A stretch of 63,376 bases of DNA, counting the filler, from Octopus bimaculoides (lineage: Eukaryota), in assembly GCF_001194135.2 (NCBI RefSeq). It is 8 parts of 8 records of this genome, joined end to end, with 100 filler letters (N's around TTAATTAATTAA, not from the genome) between each part and the next. Parts side by side here need not be neighbours in the genome. Positions count along the whole stretch, not along the records: positions 1 to 27,621 come from NC_068991.1; 7 more parts are not named here. One strand, 5' to 3'. This document shows positions 1-12,512 of this stretch, one piece after another. Below the pieces are notes generated by a model, which worked only from the letters and a program-made list of their open reading frames with translations, did not search any database and was not told the DNA's origin. Within the stretch, counting starts at the first letter, position 1. The number at the start of each line of letters is the position of its first letter. The translations under genes were made by a program, and so were the position numbers.

Positions 1-728
1 CATGTACATGTATACATATACATCTCTCTCTCTCTCTCTCTTTCTTTCTCTCTCTGTGAAAGTATCGAAATGTGATTGTTTCAGTTAGTGGAATAGTTTC
101 ATTTTTAAAGTGAAAGTATTTGACATGAGTGTTTTTGTTTCACTTTTGACACGTAATACTTAAATAGTGGAGGAGATATTATGTTGCCGTGGGCTCGAAC
201 TCTGCAAGAAGTTAAAAATTTTTTTGACTAAAACACAACTGGAACCCTAAGTAAGGCATGTGTAAAATTTGAATGAAATTGGTTGCGTAGTTCTCGAGTT
301 TTAGGGATTCACACAGACAGACAGACAGACACACATTCTCATTTTTATATATATAGATAGGACATATGCTTAGATTGTTGTTAGTGTTCTTAAGCAGATC
401 TATGACAAAAATGTTCCAGAGCAATACCTAGAACTATCTCCCTTGTATATACAATGCTTCAGTGAAGTTCAAAACTACACTACACATTTCATTATTTACT
501 GGTTGGTTGTGTATGTGATTCAGTGAAGTAATAATAGAATGCAGTGTAGCAGATAGGCTTGCCACAATTATATCCATCTATGCAGCTTCTTTGCCCACTA
601 TTTCTGGAAGGGTTGTGGAGTGGAGTCCTCAGGTACCTTCAACCTAGGGTCCTATCAGAAGCAACCATCATTAAACTTTCTGGCAGGATTCCTAAGTGTG
701 ACCAGCTATGACTATGGATATTATCCAA

Positions 729-923
729 CTATCTCATTCTTAGTCTACTCCTACATCTCCTGCTGGTTGACTCGGCTTCAAGAATCTGTCTTGTGATTCT
801 TTCCTGCAACATTCTAATTACATGTCCATAGTACCACAGCTGTGATCTCTCAATGTGGAAAAGTAGCAGCTCAACATGGAGAGACTCCCTGATCTCCAAG
901 CTATTCATCCTATCAAGTAACAT
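729..923 (-). mobile_element. RTE-clade non-LTR retrotransposon remnant, C-terminal end of the RT ORF
   Basis: Translation LLDRMNSLEIRESLHVELLLFHIERSQLWYYGHVIRMLQERITRQILEAESTSRRCRSR matches the RTE C-terminal pattern (IERSQLRWYGHVIRM...GRRPRGRP); degenerate. Confidence 0.8.
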
Positions 924-1846
924 TACTCTAGAGATCCTTCAGAAAAATCCCATTTTGGCCATAGTATAATAATCAAGAAATATTGCATCCACTTTCCTGT
1001 TCGTTTTGCTTACCTATAATTGAAGGATTAAAGAATTTACAGTAGCAAAATATAAGATACCCTCATTCATTGAAGTTAATCAAAAGTCATAGACAACTGT
1101 TTGTATAGTTTAGGGTCAACAATCCAACTCATATTGCAGTTATTTTATGTGAATAAAATTGTTGTTTAGTCCTAGTTAAGATTATGATCAAAGGTATTAC
1201 AGCCTTGGAAATCAGAAATCCTGCTGTGCATGCATATATATATATATATATTAGTCAACATTGTCCAATATGCCTTTACATCTTTATCTTTTACTTGCTT
1301 CAATCCAAAGATTGCAGCCATGCTGGGGCACCAACTTAAAGGATTTAGTCAAACAAATCAACCCCAGTACATCTAAATGATGATGATGATGATGATTATT
1401 ATTATTATTATTAGTTGTGATTTAGTCTCAAATCAATCCTAATGAAGCAGACCTGTGATCAAAATGTTCTAGCTGTGTCCATCCTGTCTTTTGCTAAGAA
1501 AATGTCTAATCGAATATAATCCAATGTGCTCTGCTTTTCCTGAAGGATGTAGCTACTATTGCAGTTGTGTTGTCTGACAAAGATCTTTAATTCTCAATAT
1601 TCCAATCCCCCAAGCTGTAAATAGGGATCAACCAGGTGAGGTACTCAGTACAATGAGGTAGCAGTAGTACTGTAAAACTAGATCATCAAGTTTGTTTGCA
1701 GTTCTCATTTCAAATTTTCTCATGGGTCTTGAGAATGCAATGAGAAACTATTGTTGTCTCTACAGTCTCAGTATAAAAACAGATTTCTATATCATTTTAT
1801 ATATACACTATATTATTTTATATATTTTTGTTGTTTTTTCTTTTAG

Positions 1847-2053
1847 GTTGTTGGTTGGTTTACACACTGGGAACCAAAACGACCATTTGCTATGGATATG
1901 GCTGGGTTTGCTATAAATTTGGAAAGGATATTTCATTATAAAAAAGCACTGTTTACATACAAAGTACCTCGAGGTTATCAAGAATCTGTTTTGCTTAAAC
2001 ATCTAGGAGTGACTATTTCAGACCTTGAACCAAAAGCTGACCTATGTACTAAG
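1847..2053 (+). CDS. B3GAT3: GT43 galactosylgalactosylxylosylprotein 3-beta-glucuronosyltransferase (GlcAT-I/B3GAT3-like), penultimate coding exon (phase 0-0, 207 nt)
   Basis: Acceptor ttttttcttttAG at 1845-1846 and donor AAG|GTtagg at 2054. Translation VVGWFTHWEPKRPFAMDMAGFAINLERIFHYKKALFTYKVPRGYQESVLLKHLGVTISDLEPKADLCTK carries the GT43 motifs RPFxxDMAGFA, RGxxES and DLEPxA. Exact paralogue (B3GAT1/2/3) not resolved; upstream exons were not found in the window. Confidence 0.95.
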
Positions 2054-2319
2054 GTTAGGATTTTTAATACTTTTTATATTTATGCAAAGATTTTTTTCCT
2101 TACTGTAGATACCCAAGTTGAAAAAGAAAGGAGAGTTAGAGAGTAAGATAAGGAGAGCAATAGTGAGAGAGATGATAGTGAAGACATGTTGGGATATGCC
2201 CTCGAGGGACTTTGTGGGTGGTGAGAATAGGTGAGGTGATATAGAAGTCTGGATTGGGTGAGTAGGCAGGATGAGGTGATTGTAACAAATGGTGGAGAGA
2301 AATATAGGAGAGGCTTAAG

Positions 2320-2915
2320 AGCTGGGGTTGCAGCAGATATGCACACCATGAAATTCATCAGAGTGCTTTCCAACATGATCATAGAAATCCCCAGCCATGA
2401 TAACATCATTGTTTTTCATAGCCAAGGTAGTCCACAGAAGGGATATGTAAAAAAAGCGTTTTGAACAACTGCCAGCCTGACATCTAGAGCATATGCAGAG
2501 ATAAAAAACACTTACATTTAACAAGACTATTTTTAGTTTAATAATCTTATTACCTACCCTGGCTACCTCAGTCAACTTATTCATTCGTTTCTCTGCTAGA
2601 ATACCTACACCCACCCAGAAAAAATTTGTATCTATTTTCCTTGCCCACAAGCAGTCTAGCCAAGGCTCCCCTCCATCATACCTCTTGTATGCAGCATACA
2701 TTTATGCCTCTGCTCAAGCATTTCAACAATATCACCAGACCTACCTTTCATTGTGCTAATGTTGATTGTAGCAGCTCTAAGCTTGTGGACCTGGGAAGCC
2801 TGGGAGGGTAATTGGGGAAACATTTTCAACATCTGGAAAGAAGATCTTTGCTGTTGCTTGCCTGGTTGTAGTGGGTCCTTATGCATAGTGACAGTAAGTA
2901 TTGGTTGTGACATGG
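2320..2915 (-). mobile_element. RTE-clade LINE remnant: apurinic endonuclease domain, in the B3GAT intron
   Basis: Frameshifted segments HKLRAATINISTMKGRSGDIVEMLEQR, GVGILAEKRMNKLTEVARVGNKIIKLK and DVIMAGDFYDHVG correspond to APE motifs (TLNVGTL, GVGILL, GDFNGHVG). Confidence 0.85.
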
Positions 2916-3286
2916 ATTACAATTACAATTCCTTTCAGTCCCTTAAAGCCTTCATGGGTACATAACTGTTAGTGTGGGGTGGTGAGTAGATAAGGTTTGA
3001 GGAATGAGAAAATTGTTATTATTAAGTCACCAAATAATGTTTTTGTCAATGCAGAAAGAACCAAGCACACTGTAATAACATATACCTATAAATTATCATC
3101 ATTATCAAAGTGTAAACATATATACATATACACATAAGGCAGAGACATGAACATACATATATAACACAGTCACATATAGATGTTAATACATGCATGTAGA
3201 CCCACAGGACACATACATATATATATACCCATGCACTCGTATAACATTTCATAGATTGTTATACTGTCATCTGCAATAAATATATA

Positions 3287-3665
3287 GGCGCAGGAGTGGC
3301 TGTATGGTAAGAAGCTTGCTTCCCAACCACATGGTTCCAGGTTCAGTCCCATTGCATGGCCACTTGGGTGTGTCTTCTACTATAGCCTCAGGCCAACCAA
3401 AGCCCTGTGAGTGGATTTGGTAGATGGAAACTGAAAGAAGCCCGGCATATATATATATATATATTTGTGTTTGTGTTTGTCTCCCCACCATCACTTGACA
3501 ATTGATGTTGGTGTGTTTATATCCCTGTAACTTAGCAGTTCAGCAAAAGAGACCGATAGAATAAGTGCTAGGCTTACAAAGAATGAGTCCTGGGGTCAAT
3601 TTCTTTGACTAAATGTGGTACTCCAACATGGCCAGTCAAATGACTGCAACAAGTAAAAGAATAAA
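3287..3665 (+). mobile_element. tRNA-derived composite SINE (tRNA-like head, internal microsatellite, second module); abundant family A
   Basis: Pol III-like head ggcgcaggagtggctgtatggtaagaag...ggttcagtccc, core gagtggatttggtagatggaaactgaaagaagccc, (AT)n, then ttgatgttggtgtgttta...aatgactgcaacaagtaaaaga. The same layout recurs at 7311, 14897, 34905 and 55864. Confidence 0.85.
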
Positions 3666-4271
3666 ATTTATATATGTGATAACATTTTGTAAACAAACTT
3701 TGGAAGCGTCAAATGTGTTTGGTATTTTACAGATGAGAAAGTAAATTTCAAATGCAGTAAAGCTGTAAGAACAGTAGAAAAAAGTTGGCAGCAGATGGCT
3801 ACGAGAGCCACTGGCAACATTTTCCTGTCTTATAAGGGTTAATACACAATCTTCCTCTGCTGTTCTTACAACTTTACGTTTGAAATTTACTTTCTTGTCT
3901 GTAAAACATATATATATACTTATATATTATAAATATGCGCACACAATCATATGCCCATTACACTCCTATGCACATGCTCATACATAAGCAGATATAACAT
4001 ACACATGCAGTCATATGTACACATGTGCTTGAACCTCCTTTATAAAAGGTGGTGATGAGGGGTGAGAGTTGGTAACAGGAGTGAATTGAGATTGCATAAT
4101 TGTATGCAACTAGTAATTTTCCAAACATATCCTTGATGGAAGTTAGAGACATATTTGTTATTACTGCTAGAAAGCCCCCCACCCCCATTAAGATATCTCT
4201 GACAGAAATTGGAAGTTATAAAATTATCATTCTAACATTTCATTTTAGACAATATTTCTCTATGGTTTCAG

Positions 4272-4373
4272 ATTTTGGTTTGGCATACCCAAACAGTGAG
4301 ACCAAAACTAAAGAATGAAGTTGAAATGAAAAAGAAAATTGGTCATGGTTCAGATATCAACATTGAGCTATAA
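4272..4373 (+). CDS. B3GAT3: B3GAT3-like terminal coding exon
   Basis: Acceptor tttcAG at 4270-4271. ILVWHTQTVRPKLKNEVEMKKKIGHGSDINIEL-TAA continues in phase 0 from 2053 and matches the GT43 C-terminal xLVWHTxT motif and the GSDxxIE end. Confidence 0.95.
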   Translation: MLVWHTQTVRPKLKNEVEMKKKIGHGSDINIEL

Positions 4374-4391
4374 CAAAATTTTTTATTTTTT

Positions 4392-4397
4392 AATAAA
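4392..4397 (+). promoter_or_regulatory. Candidate polyadenylation signal for the B3GAT gene
   Basis: AATAAA 18 nt after the stop, with a second one near 4408. AT-rich context makes this weak evidence. Confidence 0.3.
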
Positions 4398-6599
4398 ATT
4401 TTTAAGAAAATAAAATGTTTGTCTGGTTTTAGAGAATGTTATAAATCGACAAAAATGCCATTATTTATTTTTATAATGGGCATCAAATCAATATTTCAAC
4501 AGAGCTACTTTCATTTTTAAGATCAAGGAACTTCTTTTTGATACTAAGTGTTACCATTAAGTTTGCGTGGGTTGGATGATTCTGTAATTTCAGGCCATTT
4601 GCAGAGCTTGTTAGATTGTTTCTTTTTTGAATTGTTTTCATTTTGTGTTCTTAAGTTCACTGATATGAATAATGTACTTTACTTCATAAAACATCACCAT
4701 CTGCAACAATACTTTGACTTAATAATCCAGCACCTTATGTACATGTGAGGACATGTGACTTAGTGGTTAAGGTGTTTGGTTTACAATCAATCAACTCAGC
4801 TAAAAAACTGCTCTCTCCTCCAGCTATCACAGCCTTGATTATCCACTAGGTTAAGGGTGAGAGGGAGAAGATATCTATAGCTGCTCACGACTATATAAGC
4901 ACCCAAAACAATTTGTGAAGGCATGATACAAGCTACCAGGTCATATTCACTGAGATTGCAGAATATGTACATAAAGATTATACAAATCTAGTTGGTTAGA
5001 TGTCCCACAATTTCTAGCATGTAGGTAATGGGGTCAACATACACTTTTGAAGTGATATGGTAAGTATAGACATTTTATAAAATAGGAAAATGTAAGAAGA
5101 GAGAAAAAATGAGATGTAGAAGGCATAAAAAAAGGAGAAACTCAGAAATCCATTTCAAAACTTCCACAAAATTCACTTTTCTAAATATCAGAGGATAATA
5201 GTCACTAACTTGACCCTTAATCAACTAGGTGCAGGAAAGTCCCAGCTTCATGCATGTGTTTTTGGCTAAACCAAAACATTTAACAGTATCACACAGCTCT
5301 AGTGCTGATTTCAAATTTAAAATTATACAGATTTGAAAATTAGTGATGCTGAAACAAAATATAGGTATAATGCAATGTTGGATAATATTACCCACACAAA
5401 ATTTCTTTGTTGAGCCTTGTTAGGTCTGTGGCAATAAACTCTCAGAAAGCTGCATCTGCAGTTCAGCTGAACTCAGTTTAGCCATTTCACATCAAATACT
5501 TTTTGAACTTGCACACAATTTCCAAATGAAAAACCTGTCAATAGAGAGAGACTGCACTATCTTGTATTGCCTTTCATACAGCATATCAAGTAGAAGCATT
5601 TAGCAATGATTCAATATTCTAAGATGTTCTTTCCTGTTTCATTCTTAACCCATCTTGGGGTATCACTGAAGAATCATTCCATAGTAAAGAAAAAAATAAA
5701 CAGCAAAAGCAAATTAACCAGATAGAGTTAATGCTTTTTCTCGCTTCTTCACAGAATTACATAAATAAAGTGCAATGGTTTGAATGGGAATAAATTATGA
5801 AGTTTATATTATTATATTAAATATTCATGTATACATACTAGTATGATTAAGGCAGTTAATTAGCAAAGTCGTTAGTATTGAACAGAATGCTTTGTGATAT
5901 TCATTCCAGCTGTGTTCAAATTCCACCAAGGTTAACTTTGCATTTCATCCTTTTAAGGTCAATAAAAGTATCAGTGAAATAATGGGAGACGATTATTTTT
6001 CTCTTACAGACACACTTTCTCTCTAGAAGAAATCAGCTGTGTTCAGAAATATCAAGAGATGGACTCACCAGGTTTAAAATGTCCACGACATGCCATATGT
6101 CATGATGACAGGCACCCCTATGATTCCTTGAAGAGTTGCAGACCATTACCTATACTAGTATGACTAAGAAAAAAATAATGCCTATAACATGAACAGTATT
6201 CAGTAAGAAGTAAGGGCCTCTATGAAACAAATTTATATTGCTTTGAATCTCTATTTCTTTTCACAAGTTACTAATGCTTGGGAATGGAATGAATGTCAAC
6301 TGATTATGAACAGTTGAACAGAAAATAAAATACACTTGATATATGACACTGCTACCAGCAAATAAAATATTACATAATATACACACATCATTGTGTCTGA
6401 GGTGAAAATATGTTTTCTATAACTTACTAGAGTTACCTTACTCTAGGAAAAAGTGTGAGATAAGTGTAGTTATTTTGAAATTGAGGTCTGGAGTTTGGAA
6501 TGGTACCAGAGAAGGTAACACTATTGTAAGGCAGCTTTTAGAATAGACTGTAGGTGACATTTGTTCTTTTGGTGTTAGAAATGACAATATAGCTGACTG

Positions 6600-6810
6600 G
6601 AATTGTTTAGCTCAAGGACAATCTAGATCAGACCAACTTAGGATCAAAGATGTTTCATCCATGACCCTCCCATCTTTTTTCCAGGTGATGTATGTAGCAC
6701 ATTATCCAAAGTGTCCTTTGTTTTTTAAGCTGGCAGAGTTTCATCTGAGTAATTTTGGGTGCCATTTATAGCAGGTCAAGTCACCCATAGAGGCTTTGTT
6801 GTTGGCTCAT
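6600..6810 (-). repeat. Dispersed non-autonomous repeat family with an (AAC)n-type end (other copies near 375, 1410, 8750, 16040, 16430, 23755, 32400)
   Basis: The shared degenerate consensus gttgtttagccccaggtcagccctgatcnagcagacctatgatcaaaggcattccagccatgaccatcc is recognisable in each copy. Orientation is inferred from the simple-repeat end. Confidence 0.65.
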
Positions 6811-7310
6811 AAGAGAAGCAAGTGCAACAGGCAGTTTGAAATACTCCAAGTAACCAGTGAAACTATGATTTTTATGCACCTTTCAAGCCTCCTTTTTTCT
6901 ATCAAAAAGAGAATATAATCAATTAAAGGATATACTAACAGTATCTATTATTATTTATCATGTAGTTAGTATTAGTCCCAGAGGAATGAATACCATTGTG
7001 AATCCAGCACCAAGACCATCAATAGGATTTGAATTCAAAAATAGTAACATCCCATCATTGACTTATCAGAGGCCTAAAACAAGACATGCAGGACATTATA
7101 ATACAATACAAACTGCTTTATAAGATAAATGTCATACGTTTTAAATAACAGTTGATTTATATTTATAAATAGTCTAGACTTGTATTCAGGTATACTACAG
7201 AAGGTGAGAACAAACTAACTAGTTAAGCTGGTATGTAACTGTTTCATATGACCATAAGTTCATACCTTTTGTACTGACATCCAGGCAAAATTTCTATATT
7301 TCTTTACCTT

Positions 7311-7500
7311 GCACATGCCTTGGGCCAACCAAAACCTTATGAGTGGATTTGGTAGACAGAAACTGAAAGTAGTCCATCATATGTGTGTGTGTGTGTGTGT
7401 GTTCGTCCCCCACTACCGCTTGACAGCTGGTGTTGGTGTATTTACATCCCCGCAACTTAGTGGTTTGCCAAAAGACACTGATAGAATAAGTACCATGCTT
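7311..7500 (+). mobile_element. SINE family A, 5'-truncated copy
   Basis: gggccaaccaaaaccttatgagtggatttggtagacagaaactgaaag, (TG)n, cttgacagctggtgttggtgta...agaataagtacc. Confidence 0.8.
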
Positions 7501-7519
7501 AAAAATTTCAAAAGGAAGG

Positions 7520-7885
7520 TATTAGTTGAAACCATCAATCCCAGCAAAATAAAGTACTGGTACTTTATTTTATGGAAGCTGGAGGAAAGAAAGGCAAAGA
7601 TGATCTCAGTAGGATTTGAACTCAAAATGTAAAGAGCTGAAACAAGTACTGCAAGGCATTTTTTCTAATGCTCTAATGATCCTGCTAGTCAACCAACTTT
7701 AAATAATGTCTAATTTAAGTACAAGGTCAACACTTTTGCAGTGAGAGCATTAGTTGATGCCATTGAGCCCACTACTTGACTGATACTTTATTGAGCCAAT
7801 AATGATGAAATTACAATGGAATTTGAACTCAGAACATAAAGAGCCAGAACAAATACCACAAAACATTTTTCCAACACTAACAATT
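7520..7885 (-). mobile_element. Two adjacent degenerate copies of tRNA-derived SINE family B
   Basis: atttgaactcaaaatgtaaagagc...gcattttttctaatgctctaatgatcctgctag and atttgaactcagaacataaagagcc... match the better-preserved copy at 28640-28848. Confidence 0.7.
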
Positions 7886-10800
7886 CTGCTAGCTTGCCCC
7901 TCAATTTACAAATAATGAAATTCTAACTTGAACTTCATGGTTATGTGGTATGCCTTACAAAGTATATGCAACAATATGCATATGTTCAAAATTTCAAACA
8001 AATTGTGGAAAAATACAGTAAAAGTTTTTAAAAATAAAATAAAAAAAGAAATGGCAAACTAAAACATCACCAGTAGAATTGTATAAATAATTAAATTTTT
8101 TCATTTTAATTATATTTATTGTATAGAATTTACATTTGTCTTAATATTTAAAATACTCAGACAAAATTGTCTTTAAAATAAAATAAACCTTATTCATAAT
8201 AAAGTGAAAATTAATGTATCAAGTAGCATTGGCAATTTGAGTCTATTAAGATTAAAATAATACTACTAGTCTCATATGACAGGGGTAAAATGTCACAAAG
8301 AAATATTTTCAAAAATATCTTTAAAAAAAAATGCAGTAGTTTTAATACTGAAACAGAGAAGTGTGAGTTGAGAATACCAACATTTCAAGACAAATTCCTC
8401 AGCTATTCATGATACTATCTTTCAGAATTCCTGGCATTTATTCAGATGGCCCAAACTAGATTTCTTAGATGAAAAATAGAGAATAGAGAATTATATTTCT
8501 AAAGAACTATCAGCATATACTCAGTTACAACAAAATCATCATAGCAGTAATTAAAAAAAAAAAAAAGGCTTGAGTAGAGTGCTTATCAGCACAGTGGCAT
8601 TCTACTGTCAACAGGAGCAGCCTACAAAGATTGCATTTTGGGAGAGGATTGAGGACAATTTATGAGAGTAGAAGAACATGATCAAGAGTGAGCAAAATAA
8701 ATTATATAGCAGTTTGGCAGTTGATATGCAATTCTATCAGTTCAATAAAGTTGTTTAGCCCCAAATCAACCTTGACCGAGCAGATCATGAGCAAAGGGTA
8801 TTCTAACTGTAACCTTCTGACTTTTCTTTTTCAGACTATAACTAAGGCTTCATTATCCAATGTGTCCGTTCTTTATTTAGGATGGCAAAGTGTGATTAAA
8901 GAACCTGCTTTTTCTATTTAGTCAAATGACCATGATGCTTTATTCTCAGCTTAGAAAATATTGAATGGCCAGGTGTTGATCTGAACATAGTCAATCGATT
9001 GATGCCCAAAAAATTACAACCCTCTGCAACATTAGTTAGATACATTACTAACCTATGCAAATAAATCTGCTTTTTAGTGTCCTGAATATAAGATAGTTTC
9101 CAGATATGATAATAATGCTCATGATTAATGCTGAAGTGTTGGCCATTTTCTTTTTTTTTTTTTTTATGTTTTAGGGAAAAAAAAACAGCACCCATTATCC
9201 TTTTTGGAACCTGATACTGGTAAGAGGAAGAGAGGAGGTTATTCTTAGATAGGAGACCTGGCCCAAATGCTTGCAATAGAGTGAACTTCATTAAAGGCAC
9301 TCAAGAGACTGGTGCTGGTGTTAAATTGGACAACAGATTACTTTAGCATCTGTCAGTATGTTCACTCCTGAAGTGGACTAACATATTTCTTTCATTATCA
9401 TCCATTTAGGTCTTGTAATACAATCACTGGTCACACACTAGACAGAGTATACTAAAACCCTCCTGACAAAACAAAATATATTCCAGTAAAAACAAAATGA
9501 GATAGTCCAACTTCTAAAAAGAAATTTAGGATTCTCTGCTTGACAGAAGGATATATATGTCACAGACACCAACTGGAGCAGTCATTTTCTGACAGCAATT
9601 TCAATGTATCTAATGGGAAAGTTAGGGGATCTTCTCTTATGTAAAAAGTAGTTTAAAAGTATCAGTTACACAGAGGTGTAGGGTTCACTAAGGATCATGC
9701 GCTTTAGTGAGGTGACAGTACAATCAGCTGAAATATCTTTTCCAACAAAACAAAGCAATTGCTTTAATATTTGACAGTCACAATGAGTTTGTTGGATTGG
9801 CAATTTGTAATTATAAAGAAACATCAAGAAGTGGTCTGCTCTAACAAGTAGAAATCCTTTTGTACATCCCAAGTATATTAATACTCTGCTGATTACAAAA
9901 TAAAATGAAAGACCAATTGCATGAATCAAATCAGTTAAGTGGCTATGTTATTTATGAATACTGTAAATAAAAATGTCAGATGTTCCTCATAGGTATGTAA
10001 ATTATCTTTGTGCAATAAAATTTTTAAATTGTTGAAATCGCTCCCCTTTTCTTTGAGAGTTGCTAATAATTGTTGCTAGTGTTTTGCTTTCTTTCCACAA
10101 CTAAGAGGGAGAGTTCACTTAATTCAGAATTTTTAGCATAAAGCACTCAATACATCATCCCTTAAATGATTACTCTACATTTCTAGTATGACTATAAAGG
10201 AGTGTCTTGGTAGTTAAGCTTTTCTTCCTTGTTTTAAATATTCAGTACTTTACATTTCTTTCACATGAGTAAATCATGAAAATGCCACTTCCATCTATAG
10301 CCTCACAACATTCGCCTTTCTTATAGCTTTTACCCCTCTTTTATGAAATTTCTATTTTTGTCTTGACCCTTCTGAAATTGATTTACCACAATGCTCACAG
10401 TAAATCAGGAGAGGAAGTAAGAAAATTTCCTATGTAGCAGGTTATGAGGGGGAATATGGTAATTAGTGGCAAAAAATATTCTGACAAATTATTATATACT
10501 AACAAAGAGATATGCCTTTTCTCCACATCACATCCTACTTCAACAGACCAACGATAATGCAAGAACAGACTGATATATTGCATTCAACAGTGTAATGGAA
10601 ATAAGCAATTTTATGTCACAAGAGTGAGAAGGGCTTGGAATAGCAGTTAGCTCACTAGCAGGTGACATTCTTTTTTCTTACAAAAGTTTTTAGGTTCCAA
10701 TCAATCTCTAATATTAAAGACTGGAAACTATTTACAGCTGCACCAGTATTGCCAGCAAAGGTAGTGGAAAGTATTTAAATCCAAGCTATTATCAAGTATT

Positions 10801-11646
10801 AAATATTTGTCATCTATAACATTCTCAAAGCAAAAGCCCTCAAATTCAAATACTTAAAAGTTGTTAATCATAGTACCAATTACTAAATAACTAAAGTGTA
10901 AAGCATCTCGTATATCCAAAAATTAACATGAAGCCCTACATTCTTTCTACAACTAAGTCTGAAAACTACTTTTATCCTTATAAATGTTCATTAAAGTAGT
11001 GGTTTAGTATTTTTAAAATCTCAAAAATTTGTCCAAAAAGAATTCAACAGAAAAAACAAACAATACTATACTCTATATAAAAACAAAGTTATATTCTCAA
11101 ATAAGATTCCTTGAAGCTTGTTAATTTCTAAAGAATGCTTTTGGTTAAGATAAAATGGGAACAAGAAGAGGAGGGACTGAATGAAAAAGCAAAAATTAAA
11201 AAAAAAGATTGACACCAGAAACCAGTTGAGATGTATTTCTCCTATATGTAACATTAATAATGAACCCTTTTGACTAAATACAAGGACAATATTTGTAGGA
11301 GAGTGTACAGATGATCAAATAAGCCAAGTATCTATCTTACTCGGTCTTAATAATTAAGCTGATGGTTATTTTAATTAATGAAATGACTGCTAGTACAACA
11401 TACAAGAAGGTGAAAGGTAAAAAAATATTTATATTGCAAAAGTACAAATTGCATCAATAAATAGGCATTGCTCCCATAGCATTAGAGTCAGTTTACAGAA
11501 AATACAACCAACTGTGATACAGCTTTCTGCATAACTCTGTAAGAGAGAGAGAAATGAAGGAAAGAGAGGTGTAGTGTACAATTAGCACTTTCTGTTACTA
11601 ATATCACAACAGAGTTGACTGTCCTAGTTCTTCATCCACAGTAGCT

Positions 11647-11717
11647 TCACATTGGTGCTGCTGCTTTCATAGACATATAAATTGCTTTCTGAAGCATCTC
11701 TTCTTCACTCAATTCTT
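11647..11717 (-). CDS. ATXN3: ATXN3 exon 7 (terminal; UIM3)
   Basis: Acceptor ttttatcttacAG; (E)ELSEEEMLQKAIYMSMKAAAPM-TGA fits the UIM consensus; phase 1 matches the upstream donor. Confidence 0.9.
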
Positions 11718-12459
11718 CTGTAAGATAAAATCAGAAACACACATAAAATATTTGCAGCTGGTGCAAGCATGAAGAGACATAATACTTTTTAAAGAGTTAA
11801 CTGACTAACTTCATGCTATTAAGAGTAACAATACAGAAATCTAAGATCAAGTGAAACATATATAGTTCCACTTTCCTCAGTCAATCTAGGTGACATAAGT
11901 TCCACTCCAAATTTTAAAACTGAGATTATTGATACAAGGGGCATCCAGTTGTAAAAAATTATCAATTCAATAATATGCAAACATCTAAATTTGTAAAATC
12001 ATCCTTTATTTGTTAAGTTTGCTGAATTGGAGCTCAACACTGGCTTTATAAGGCAGTGACATACAATTTATAAGTGAATGCTATTGTGTTATGGGTAAAC
12101 TCCCAGTAAGATGAGTTCAGGAACTGATTCATAATCTGTTTGTAACTGTTGCACTAACTTTCAATAATTCCTTTGAAAAAGCATGAATAAATCACCCATT
12201 TATAAGAAACTCTTATTTGTCATTATCATCATTGCTTTAACATCCACTTTTCCATGCTTACATAGGTCAGATGGAATTCACTGAGGCAGATTTTTTTATG
12301 ATTTGATGCCCCTCCTGTCGCTAACCTTCACCTGTTTCCAAGTAAGGTAATATTTTCCCCATGGCCAGATATATTTTCATGGAAGAATAGAAACAAGTGA
12401 CACCATTTGCAAGACAATGATGCTCATTTACAATGGTTGTGTGATAAATACACATACAT

Positions 12460-12512
<53 letters not shown>

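Noticed and set aside
9200-9900. Possible CR1/L2 LINE remnant
   Set aside because: Too degenerate to read a diagnostic motif with confidence.
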